A DNA stretch of 24,000 nt from NCBI RefSeq assembly GCF_002214365.1, contig NZ_CP014854.1:1637092-1661091 (forward strand). Direction: 5' to 3'. The notes beneath the pieces were generated by a model. It was given only the letters and a program-made list of their open reading frames with translations, ran no database searches and had not been told where the DNA came from. Positions 17,075-24,000 of this stretch are shown here, piece by piece (positions within the stretch are counted from its first letter, which is position 1; every line of letters begins with the position of its first letter). The DNA is from Thermococcus celer Vu 13 = JCM 8558. Its GTDB lineage: Archaea > Methanobacteriota_B > Thermococci > Thermococcales > Thermococcaceae. The translations under genes were made by a program, and so were the position numbers.

Positions 17075-18376
17075 TTAACGGAGAGTCCAACGCCTTCCCC
17101 TCAGCAGGAGCGGTATCATAGCCAACCCGATTACGATGGCTGGACCGCAGATCCCTTTCTTCTCGGCACCCTCTCTGGCGAGTTTCTGGATATCTATGAC
17201 GTAGAAGTTCGAGCTGGCCGTTCCGACAACCGCCACGTTTCCCTCAACCGCTATGCTCCTGACGTAGCCGATATCCTTAACCACCCCCAGAATCCCCCCT
17301 GTTTTCGCATCGAGGGCGTAGAGCGAACCCTGGGTGTAAACCACAGTTGTCCCGTTCTGTTGCCTGCTCTCAAACCTGCCGATGCCGACGAGGAGGGTAC
17401 CGTTGACGTACCTGACGACCTTGACCCTGGAGGGAAAACTCTGGTTCCAGAGCACGCTTCCGGTCTTCGGGTCGACGGCCGCGAGGACACCGTGGCCTTT
17501 CCCCATACCACCGACGTAGATCCTGCCGTCAGCCGTCTCGATGTCCTCCGTGTAGAAGAGCTCCTTTTTCCATATTACCTCTCCGGAGGGGTCGATGCGG
17601 TAGAGGTAACCCTCTGAGGTTCCTTCGCCGGTTCCAGCGATGACGTCGTTCTCGAAGAGCTCCATGTCCCTGACCCACTGGCCGGTTTTAACCGTCCAGG
17701 AGAGCGTTCCGTTGGGCAGGACACCATAGACGTAGCCGAACTGCCCCGGTCCAACGTAACCGGACGGAAAGCCCGCCCCGACGTAGATTATTCTCCTCCC
17801 AACGCGGACCCGGCTCACGAGGCTTGTGAAGTTCAGAACCCAGCCCTTCAGAACTACTCCGTCGTCGGTTACCTCACCCCTGTACAGGTGCCCCACGTAC
17901 GTAACGCTACCGTTATCCGTGAAGAAGTCGCCATCGACGGCGTAAACGTTGCTTCCCTCGATTTGAAAATCGTAAAGCTTGTTGGCTGTCAGGTTCCTTG
18001 AGACGAACCTGCCGTTTCCGTCGAACGTTACGAAGCCACCGACGGTTCCGGCGATAATCCTTCCATCCGGGAGGGGGTACAGCCCCATCACGTAGCCCGA
18101 GTCGTTCTCCCAAAGGCGCGTTCCGTTCGAGGAGTAGGCGGCCAGCCGGCCAAGGTAGTATATCCCTATCATTCCGCTTGAGTTGGCCAGCTGTCTGTAG
18201 GAGCAACCGGCGTACACCCTGCCGTCGTTGACTGCAACCGCCTCTATGCTCTTCTGGTACTGGACATCCCCACAGACGGTGCCCTTCCACATTATTGGAC
18301 TTCCATCGGCTACCACGGTTCCCAGAACTGAAAGGGTCAGTGTTAGCAGCAGAATCACCGAAATTGTCCGTTTCAT
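17075..18376 (-). CDS. Secreted PQQ-like (BamB-like) beta-propeller protein with CGP-CTERM-type C-terminal sorting tail
   Basis: Signal peptide MKRTISVILLLTLTLSVLGTVVA. It has recurring repeats of the x-D-x-x-tG-x-x-W type (LYALDAKTGGIL, LAAVDPKTGSVLW, LYRIDPSGEVIW, SSNGTRLW, LPNGTLSW). The C-terminus is KKGICGPAIVIGLAMIPLLLRGRRWTLR: Cys-Gly-Pro, then a TM helix, then a basic cluster. Confidence 0.8.
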   Translation of the reverse strand: MKRTISVILLLTLTLSVLGTVVADGSPIMWKGTVCGDVQYQKSIEAVAVNDGRVYAGCSYRQLANSSGMIGIYYLGRLAAYSSNGTRLWENDSGYVMGLYPLPDGRIIAGTVGGFVTFDGNGRFVSRNLTANKLYDFQIEGSNVYAVDGDFFTDNGSVTYVGHLYRGEVTDDGVVLKGWVLNFTSLVSRVRVGRRIIYVGAGFPSGYVGPGQFGYVYGVLPNGTLSWTVKTGQWVRDMELFENDVIAGTGEGTSEGYLYRIDPSGEVIWKKELFYTEDIETADGRIYVGGMGKGHGVLAAVDPKTGSVLWNQSFPSRVKVVRYVNGTLLVGIGRFESRQQNGTTVVYTQGSLYALDAKTGGILGVVKDIGYVRSIAVEGNVAVVGTASSNFYVIDIQKLAREGAEKKGICGPAIVIGLAMIPLLLRGRRWTLR

Positions 18377-18400
18377 TGCTTACCCCCGTGGGGTTAAGTG

Positions 18401-18420
18401 AAAAGCTTATATAAAACTTT
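18401..18420. promoter_or_regulatory. Shared, near-palindromic BRE-TATA-BRE element between divergent genes
   Basis: AAAAGC-TTATATAA-AACTTT, where the TATA (18407-18414) is a perfect palindrome. It lies 30 nt from the minus-strand ATG (18376) and 31 nt from the plus-strand ATG (18446). Confidence 0.5.
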
Positions 18421-18445
18421 GGCGGTATTTTACACAGGTGGTCGA

Positions 18446-19198
18446 ATGGAGGAAGAGGGAGAGCTGGACCTCAGGGAGGCACTGGCCACGGGGGAGCACA
18501 TCGACGAGATCGCCGTGCGGGCCACCCTCGACAGGGACTTTCTGAAAGAGGTGCTCAAGTACCTCGACGATGACCTGTGGATAGTTCAAAAGAACGCCCT
18601 CAGAGTCGTCGTTGAGGCAATACAGGAGATACCCGAGCTCCACGAGTCCTTCATAACCAAACTGATGGTCATGCTGAGAAAGAGCGAGTCAATACCCCTT
18701 ACACAGGAGATAGCGAGGGCCTTTGGCGTGCTCGCCGAGGTCAACCCCGAGAAGGTCGCGAAGGTTGCCCCGGCCATATTCGCCAACTACCGGGTTGGCG
18801 ACCCGAAGATAAAGGTCAACATGGCCTACGTCCTCGAGGAGATAATGCGCGTGAACCCGACCATTCTTGGGAACGTGTTCCGGGACATCGGTTACATGCT
18901 CACCTCGAAGGACACCACCGACAAGCTCACCGCCCTCAACTTCATCTCGGCACTCGGGGAGAGGGGGATCATATACATCACGCCTTTCCTGCCGAAGCTG
19001 TTTGCCCTCCTTCACGACAGGAACGAGATAGTCAGGGCGAGCACCGTTGAGACGCTTACCCACGTGGCAGAGCTCAACCCAAAGCTGAGGAAGTTAATCC
19101 TCTCAAAACTCGAGGAGATGAACGACGGAAGCGAGCTCGTCGCAAAGAAGGTCAGGGAAGGGTTAAACAAGCTCATTATCCTCGAGGGAAGTGGCTGA
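18446..19198 (+). CDS. HEAT/ARM-repeat protein, function unknown
   Basis: About five helical-hairpin repeats of roughly 35-40 aa (e.g. LWIVQKNALRVVVEAIQEIPE, IPLTQEIARAFGVLAEVNPE, DPKIKVNMAYVLEEIMRVNP, DRNEIVRASTVETLTHVAELNP). I place the start at the ATG at 18446, preceded by AGGTGGT, because the track's GTG at 18398 lies upstream of the TATA box. Confidence 0.65.
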   Translation: MEEEGELDLREALATGEHIDEIAVRATLDRDFLKEVLKYLDDDLWIVQKNALRVVVEAIQEIPELHESFITKLMVMLRKSESIPLTQEIARAFGVLAEVNPEKVAKVAPAIFANYRVGDPKIKVNMAYVLEEIMRVNPTILGNVFRDIGYMLTSKDTTDKLTALNFISALGERGIIYITPFLPKLFALLHDRNEIVRASTVETLTHVAELNPKLRKLILSKLEEMNDGSELVAKKVREGLNKLIILEGSG

Positions 19199-20248
19199 GG
19201 TTTCTTCCGGCTCTTTGACCTTGCCCTCCGTTGATCCCTCAAGCCTCTCCTGGAGGAGGGTCTTCAGGGCTTCCTTCAGCTTCTCATTCTCGTTCCTGAG
19301 CCTGGCGTTTTCCCGACGGATATCCTCGATCTCGCTGAGGATGCCCTTAATCTCACTCAAGGCACCCTCAAACTTTGACTTCGGAACGAACTGGGTTTTC
19401 AGGATGGTAAGGGCCCCGTCGACGTCCTTTGCCCCGGTTAGGGAGAGGAGCTCCTTCCGAACGCGGTCCATCTCCGTTAGTTTCGCCTCGTAATCGGAGA
19501 TCCTCCTGCTCAGGGCGTTGATGCGCTTCGAAGTTTCCTTGTAGGCCGCCAGTTTGCGCTTGAGATCCTGGATCTCCCGCTCCCTCTCGGCCAGTTCCTT
19601 CTTCAGGTCTTCCAGTTCCTTGGCCGCAGAACGGAGGCGTACGTTCTCGACGACGAGCTCTTCGTAGTGCCTCTGGATCTCCAGGAGGGTCTTTGAGAGG
19701 TCAACGCTGACCCCGAGGGTGCTCCTCTTGAGTTCCTCCTCAAATTCCTTAAGGCGATCCTCAACGTAGGCCCTGATGAAATCGTCCATCCTCTTGCTGT
19801 AGTGTTCCTCGACCCGCCTGAGGATCTCCCCGGAGAGCCTCTCCATGCGTTCTTCCATCTCGTTAAGCTTTGGAACCAGACTCTCAACGCTGTCCAGAAA
19901 CAGGGTCCGCCTTTCAAGTTCGGTCAGCTTGCTCTCAAGCTCCTTGATGCGCTTATCCATTGAATGAGTGGTCTCCCTGTGCGAGGTGCTCAGCTCGTCA
20001 AACTTCCCGTTGAGGGTCTCAATTCGTTCCGCAAGCATCTCCCGGCTAATTCTAAGCTCGCGGATCGTGGCGGCTATCGCCTCCAAGGCCAGAAGGGAGT
20101 AGTCCCCGATGTCCTCTGACTCGGGAATCGAGGACTTAACCCTGTCCCAGTCGGGAAGCGTTTTGAACTCGTCGATGATACCCGGGTGATGGGCTTTGAT
20201 GTACTCCCAGTTGATCCCCGGTCTCTTCGATTTCTTGAGCATGAACAT
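19163..20248 (-). CDS. Cytoplasmic coiled-coil protein, function unknown
   Basis: 361 aa with no TM or signal peptide. A short globular N-terminus (PGINWEYIKAHHPGIIDEFKTLPDWD) is followed by long heptad-rich E/K/R/L segments. The 3' end overlaps the HEAT gene by 36 nt in convergent orientation. Confidence 0.6.
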   Translation of the reverse strand: MFMLKKSKRPGINWEYIKAHHPGIIDEFKTLPDWDRVKSSIPESEDIGDYSLLALEAIAATIRELRISREMLAERIETLNGKFDELSTSHRETTHSMDKRIKELESKLTELERRTLFLDSVESLVPKLNEMEERMERLSGEILRRVEEHYSKRMDDFIRAYVEDRLKEFEEELKRSTLGVSVDLSKTLLEIQRHYEELVVENVRLRSAAKELEDLKKELAEREREIQDLKRKLAAYKETSKRINALSRRISDYEAKLTEMDRVRKELLSLTGAKDVDGALTILKTQFVPKSKFEGALSEIKGILSEIEDIRRENARLRNENEKLKEALKTLLQERLEGSTEGKVKEPEETSATSLEDNELV

Positions 20249-20274
20249 CTACCATAAAAATGTCTCCGGAGAAA

Positions 20275-20288
20275 TTTAAATAGCTTTT
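20275..20288 (-). promoter_or_regulatory. BRE/TATA for the coiled-coil gene (near-leaderless)
   Basis: The minus strand reads AAAAGC-TATTTAAA, with the ATG at 20248 about 27 nt downstream. Confidence 0.45.
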
Positions 20289-20297
20289 GTGTAGGTG

Positions 20298-20317
20298 ATT
20301 ACTCCAGAAAGAGTAAT
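20298..20317 (-). terminator. Perfect 7-bp hairpin 3 nt after the 5S rRNA 3' end (termination or processing element)
   Basis: The minus-strand RNA reads AUUACUC-UUUCUG-GAGUAAU (stems at 20298-20304 / 20311-20317) and is followed by T-rich sequence. Confidence 0.4.
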
Positions 20318-20320
20318 GTA

Positions 20321-20446
20321 GTGGCCGGCGGCGTCCCCGGCTTCCCGCCCCCTCCCGGAGGGCAGTACAACCGGGATCGCTGGCGGGCTTAACTTCCGGG
20401 GTCGAAACGAGACCGGGTGTGACCCCGCCGCTATGACCGCCGTACC
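20321..20446 (-). rRNA. rrf: 5S ribosomal RNA (orphan copy, not linked to 16S/23S in this window)
   Basis: The reverse complement reads GGTACGGCGGTCATAGCGGCGGGGTCACACCCGGTCTCGTTTCGACCCCGGAAGTTAAGCCCGCCAGCGATCCCGGTTGTACTGCCCTCCGGGAGGGGGCGGGAAGCCGGGGACGCCGCCGGCCAC. It carries the universal loop elements (CCGAAC-like, GAAGTTAAGC, GTACTG) and terminal helix I pairing. The ends are good to about +/-3 nt. Confidence 0.93.
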
Positions 20447-20468
20447 GTTCTATACCTCCCGCGGTGCA

Positions 20469-20476
20469 TTTATAAA
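20469..20476. promoter_or_regulatory. Single palindromic TATA box (TTTATAAA) centred between the 5S rRNA start and a leaderless ORF
   Basis: There are 22 nt from the box to the 5S 5' end (20446) on one side and 21 nt to the ATG at 20498 on the other. No other AT-rich element exists in the 51-bp spacer. Confidence 0.55.
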
Positions 20477-20497
20477 TCTTACGGTGGATGGAGGGAG

Positions 20498-22012
20498 ATG
20501 ATGGAGAGGGAGATACTCGAACTGCTGAGACTGGAGCGTATCAGGGAACCGCTCAGCCCCGGAAAGAGACTCAGGGAGTTCCAAATGAGGCTCCAGAAGT
20601 TCAAAAACGGTGAGGAAGTGGAGGTAGCGGGTTTTCTCATAGGCAGAAGGCCACCCGGCGCCCCCCGAGACGCCCTCTACTACATCCTCTCTCCCCTTCC
20701 GCCGTCGGAGCTTTCCTCGCTTGGAAAGCGGGAATTCCGCACCTACCTTGTCATAAGGATAACCGAAAGGACGGAGATCTCCGGGAGGGCGAGGCCGGGG
20801 AGCTACGTCCTGGTTAAGGGTACCATCGACGCCTACCCCTGGGGGAACCTGAGGGTCGTTCACGCGGGCTCCATCGAGGGAAGGGACTACTCAGAGTACT
20901 GGAAGGACTACCGCGGGTTCGCCCTCAGCAGGCGGGAGGTCCTCGACCTCTTCGAGAGAACTGTTTACCTGCGCGACGACATGAGAAACGCCCTAATTTA
21001 CTCGATCTACGGCGTCCCGTTCATACCGGGAAAAAGTTGGGGTGAGGGCTTCGAGTTCACCACCTTTAAATACGGGGAGAACTCTGACCTACTGGCCCTC
21101 TGGAAGGCCCTGAAGTACCTCTACTCAAGCCTCCCCTGGGAGGTTCGCCGCACCAGGCAGAGGATAATGGAGGTGGACGACCCGTTTTTGGGGCTGGATT
21201 TCAGGCTCGGGAACCCCAACGGGAGCGATATGAAATACTACACCCCCCCGACCAAGAGGGGACTCGTCCACCTTCCCTCGGACGTGGAGAGGGACTTAGA
21301 GGGCAAGAGGGTTATCGGCCTCCTTCCGAAGAACGTTGATGCAAACCCCCTCGACAGGATGGCCCGGCTCTCGGAGACCCCCTTCGTTCTTCTGCCCTCT
21401 GAGGAGAGGCCCTACTTCGAGAAGAACCGCGAGTTCCTCCAGCTCATCCCGAACCTCCTCGTCACGATTTTCACGCGGAGGGAAAAGTTGGCCGTCCTCG
21501 ACAGAAAGAAGACCCTCCCCCTCGAAGAGGAGTTCCTGAGGTGGCTCCGGGAATTCAGGGATGACTACGGGGACCCGTTCAGGGCCCTGACGGCGCCAAG
21601 CGGCCCGATGAACGTTGGACTGAGAATTGAGCTGGGGAAGAGGCTCTTCGGTTCGATAGTGAGGTTCAACGGGAGAATCACCAGAAAGGCCGCGAGGGAC
21701 GTCAGGTTGATAAACGAGGCCATCGTGAACGACTGGATGGTCGTCCTGAAGGATCACCCCTCGGAGATGATGAGGCTCCTGAGGGAGTACCGGATGTACG
21801 TTCCCGGAACACTCAAGGCCGGAAGGGCGCTCGAGGTTCTTCACGACCTCGCCTCCGTGAGCCCCTCGGGGGAGGTAACCCGGGAGGACTTCATCCGTGA
21901 ACTGATAAGGGACGGCTTCTCCAAGGGCGAGGCCCTGGAGCTACTCGAGAAGTTCCTGGCCGGGGGCTACGTCTACGAGCCGTTCCCCGGAAAACTCAAG
22001 CCGATAGGGTGA
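20498..22012 (+). CDS. Conserved-looking hypothetical protein with N-terminal OB-fold-like domain and C-terminal winged-helix-like tail
   Basis: 504 aa. The OB-fold-like pattern is EVEVAGFLIGRR...PGSYVLVKGTIDAYPWGNLRVVHAGSIE. The C-terminal segment VTREDFIRELIRDGFSKGEALELLEKFLAGGYVYEPFPGKLKPI resembles archaeal wH domains. No Walker A/B motif was seen. It lies 4 nt upstream of rnp4. Confidence 0.55.
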   Translation: MMEREILELLRLERIREPLSPGKRLREFQMRLQKFKNGEEVEVAGFLIGRRPPGAPRDALYYILSPLPPSELSSLGKREFRTYLVIRITERTEISGRARPGSYVLVKGTIDAYPWGNLRVVHAGSIEGRDYSEYWKDYRGFALSRREVLDLFERTVYLRDDMRNALIYSIYGVPFIPGKSWGEGFEFTTFKYGENSDLLALWKALKYLYSSLPWEVRRTRQRIMEVDDPFLGLDFRLGNPNGSDMKYYTPPTKRGLVHLPSDVERDLEGKRVIGLLPKNVDANPLDRMARLSETPFVLLPSEERPYFEKNREFLQLIPNLLVTIFTRREKLAVLDRKKTLPLEEEFLRWLREFRDDYGDPFRALTAPSGPMNVGLRIELGKRLFGSIVRFNGRITRKAARDVRLINEAIVNDWMVVLKDHPSEMMRLLREYRMYVPGTLKAGRALEVLHDLASVSPSGEVTREDFIRELIRDGFSKGEALELLEKFLAGGYVYEPFPGKLKPIG

Positions 22013-22016
22013 TACG

Positions 22017-22433
22017 ATGTCCAAGAGGTTCATCCGCCAGAAGGAGCAGAGGGAGAAGCGTAAAATCGCCCGCGAGAGGATAGACGTTCTCTTCACCCTC
22101 GCCGAGCGAGTCTTTCCGTACGAGCCCGAGCTGGCCAACCGCTACGTCGGGATAGCCCTCGCGGTCCAGCAGAAAGCTAAGATAAGGATGCCGCGGAAGT
22201 GGAAGCGTCGTTACTGCAGGAAGTGCCACTCCTTCCTCGTCCCGGGGAAAAACGCCCGGGTGAGGCTCAGGGATAAGCCGTATCCCCACGTCGTCGTCAA
22301 GTGCCTCGAGTGCGGGCACGTCATGAGGTACCCGTACCTGAAGGAACAGAGGGAGAGGAGAAGGAAGTCCCTCGAGGAGAGAGCAAGCGGAAAAACCGAC
22401 GCTGAGGAAAGCTCTCACTCGGAATCGGAATGA
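22017..22433 (+). CDS. rnp4: Ribonuclease P protein component 4 (Rpp21/Rpr2 family)
   Basis: The N-terminal helices are IARERIDVLFTLAE...NRYVGIALAVQQKAKIRMPRKWKRRYC. The zinc ribbon is CRKC...(x19)...CLECG, followed by MRYPY. From memory, it closely resembles Pyrococcus Rpp21. Confidence 0.92.
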   Translation: MSKRFIRQKEQREKRKIARERIDVLFTLAERVFPYEPELANRYVGIALAVQQKAKIRMPRKWKRRYCRKCHSFLVPGKNARVRLRDKPYPHVVVKCLECGHVMRYPYLKEQRERRRKSLEERASGKTDAEESSHSESE

Positions 22434-22996
22434 ACGACCGCCACCGCCCTGACGGGACTGCCGGAGCCGCCCTCTATCCTGAGGGGAAACGCGATGAAGG
22501 TGAAGGTTCTACCGATGAGTCGCTCGAGGTTGGCGAGGTTCTCGAAGACCGGCACCTCCTCGCTCAGGAGTATCCTGTGAACCGCGTCGTCGCCGATGCT
22601 CATCACGTCGGTGCCAACAGCCTTGGCCCCCTCAGCGACCAGGAACAGCGCCACCTCGGGCGAGAGTTCCCTTCCCCCCGTTAGAAACAGGACGATCCTG
22701 TTGAGGTAGCCGCTATCCGGGACCTCGTCGAGTTTAACGCTTCCCTCGCCCTCCCTCACGTCGATCACGAACGCCTCCCCGATGAACTTCTCGAGGGGCA
22801 TCTCGTCAACCGTCTTTCCGCCGGGGACGAAGTGGGCAGGTGCATCGACGTGCGTCCCCGAGTGCTCGCCGAGCTTGAGGACGTTCAGGTAGTAGCCGTC
22901 CCTATCGATGAAGGCCCAGGGCCTGATGCTCACCGGCGGGTCGTCCGGGTAGACGGGGGTTTCCTCGGAGAGGGGAACGGAGAGGTCGACTATCAT
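22415..22996 (-). CDS. Cyclase-family protein (kynurenine-formamidase-like metal hydrolase fold)
   Basis: It has the signature [12 protein letters not shown] (HxGTHxDxPxH) of the putative-cyclase family, at a typical size of about 190 aa. The 3' end overlaps rnp4 by 19 nt in convergent orientation. Confidence 0.85.
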   Translation of the reverse strand: MIVDLSVPLSEETPVYPDDPPVSIRPWAFIDRDGYYLNVLKLGEHSGTHVDAPAHFVPGGKTVDEMPLEKFIGEAFVIDVREGEGSVKLDEVPDSGYLNRIVLFLTGGRELSPEVALFLVAEGAKAVGTDVMSIGDDAVHRILLSEEVPVFENLANLERLIGRTFTFIAFPLRIEGGSGSPVRAVAVVHSDSE

Positions 22997-23112
22997 GGGA
23001 ACACCGAAGGCTCTACACCGTTCACCCTAAAAACCTTTCCGAACTTCGGGGCAATGAAGCAGGGCCTTTGAATGAAGAGCTTTTAAGGGGCAGCCACCTA
23101 TGGTCACCGGTG

Positions 23113-24000
23113 ATGGACGTGGACTGCACGGTGGACTACTGCGTCAAGGACCTATCCCTCGCCCCGGACGGGGAGAGGAAGATAGACTGGGTCTCGCGCT
23201 TCATGCCCGTTCTCCAGAGCATCAGGCGGGACTTCGAGAGGAGGAAACCGTTCAAGGGAATCAGGATAGCGACGACGCTCCACCTCGAGATGAAGACGGC
23301 CTTTTTGCTCCTGACCCTGAAGGCCGCCGGCGCAGAGGTCTCGGCCGCGGCGAGCAACCCTCTGAGCACGCAGGATGATGTTGTCGCGGCCCTGGCCAAG
23401 GCGGGGGTCAGGGTCTACGCGATTCGTGGCGAAGATAGGGAGCGGTACTACGAGTTCATGCACAGGGCCCTCGACATAAAACCGAACATCATCATCGACG
23501 ACGGCGCAGACATGATAAGCACCCTGATGAGGGAGAGAGAAGAGCTCGTCGAGGACGTCTGGGGGGCGAGCGAGGAGACGACGACCGGCGTGATAAGGCT
23601 CCGCGCGATGGAGAAGGAAGGGGTTCTGAGGTTCCCGATAATAGCGGTCAACGACTCCTACACCAAGTACCTCTTCGACAACCGCTACGGAACCGGCCAG
23701 TCGACGTGGGACGGGATAATAAGGACGACGAACCTCCTCGTTGCGGGCAAGAACGTCGTCGTTGTCGGCTACGGCTGGTGCGGCAGGGGCATAGCCATGC
23801 GCGCCAGAGGTCTCGGAGCTACGGTCATCGTCGTCGAGGTCGACCCGATAAGGGCCCTCGAGGCCCGGATGGACGGCTTCCTCGTGATGAACATGATGGA
23901 AGCGGCGAAAATCGGGGACATCTTCGTGACATCAACCGGCGACATCAACTGCATAAGGCGCGAGCACTTCGAGGTCATGAAGGACGGCGTCATCCTCGCG
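23113..24000 (+). CDS. ahcY: Adenosylhomocysteinase (S-adenosyl-L-homocysteine hydrolase), 5' partial; continues beyond the window
   Basis: This ORF is absent from the track because it has no stop in the window. My own translation from the ATG at 23113 gives [26 protein letters not shown]...[15 protein letters not shown]...SEETTTGV...[20 protein letters not shown]...[13 protein letters not shown], which carries the canonical AhcY and NAD-binding motifs. The candidate TATA CTTTTAAG lies at 23080-23087. Confidence 0.95.
   Translation, partial: MDVDCTVDYCVKDLSLAPDGERKIDWVSRFMPVLQSIRRDFERRKPFKGIRIATTLHLEMKTAFLLLTLKAAGAEVSAAASNPLSTQDDVVAALAKAGVRVYAIRGEDRERYYEFMHRALDIKPNIIIDDGADMISTLMREREELVEDVWGASEETTTGVIRLRAMEKEGVLRFPIIAVNDSYTKYLFDNRYGTGQSTWDGIIRTTNLLVAGKNVVVVGYGWCGRGIAMRARGLGATVIVVEVDPIRALEARMDGFLVMNMMEAAKIGDIFVTSTGDINCIRREHFEVMKDGVILA

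Noticed and set aside
18398-18445. Track-predicted GTG start extending the HEAT-repeat ORF by 16 codons
   Set aside because: The extension contains the BRE/TATA element (18401-18414). The ATG at 18446 has an AGGTGGT SD, and the extra residues (MKSLYKTLAVFYTGGR) add no recognisable feature.
20289-20295. Single CCTACAC word just upstream of the BRE/TATA of the 361-aa coiled-coil gene, matching the core of the fla-promoter repeats (possible shared regulon)
   Set aside because: The hexamer tgtagg/cctaca occurs a dozen or so times in this window by eye, including in the archaellin 3' coding regions (..STYT..). A single unphased copy therefore has no statistical weight.
20450-20863. 137-aa minus-strand ORF next to the 5S gene
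   Set aside because: It is antisense to the well-supported 504-aa ORF and runs through the shared TATA box. Its composition is the shadow-ORF type.

Overview
This looks like a chromosomal segment of a GC-rich Thermococcales archaeon, probably Thermococcus. The basis is gene content, the 5S rRNA sequence, BRE/TATA promoters and GGTGA-type Shine-Dalgarno sites. The centre (about 2.15-15.6 kb, all minus strand) is a complete archaellum (fla/arl) locus. In transcription order it holds a small wHTH regulator, a SAM methyltransferase, four archaellin genes in two subfamilies, then flaC, flaD, flaF, flaG, flaH, flaI and flaJ. An extra 653-aa surface-glycoprotein gene is translationally coupled to flaJ, and a hairpin plus oligo-T closes the operon after it. 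To the left are pcm, a HAD-IB phosphatase and a partial membrane protein that resembles an A24 prepilin/preflagellin peptidase. To the right is an uncharacterised cluster: a TM-anchored coiled-coil protein, a secreted PQQ-like beta-propeller with a CGP-CTERM-type tail, a HEAT-repeat protein and a second coiled-coil protein. Further right are an orphan 5S rRNA gene, an unknown 504-aa protein (OB-fold-like N-terminus, winged-helix-like C-terminus) coupled to RNase P subunit Rpp21, a cyclase-family protein and the 5' part of adenosylhomocysteinase, which the ORF track misses because it runs off the window. I found no CRISPR array, transposase, integrase or tRNA. The points most worth follow-up are the phased direct repeats upstream of the archaellin promoter, the extra operon-coupled surface protein, the archaellum-adjacent coiled-coil/HEAT/propeller cluster, and the 504-aa orphan that shares a palindromic TATA box with the 5S gene. 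All function calls rest on motifs read by eye; no database search was possible.
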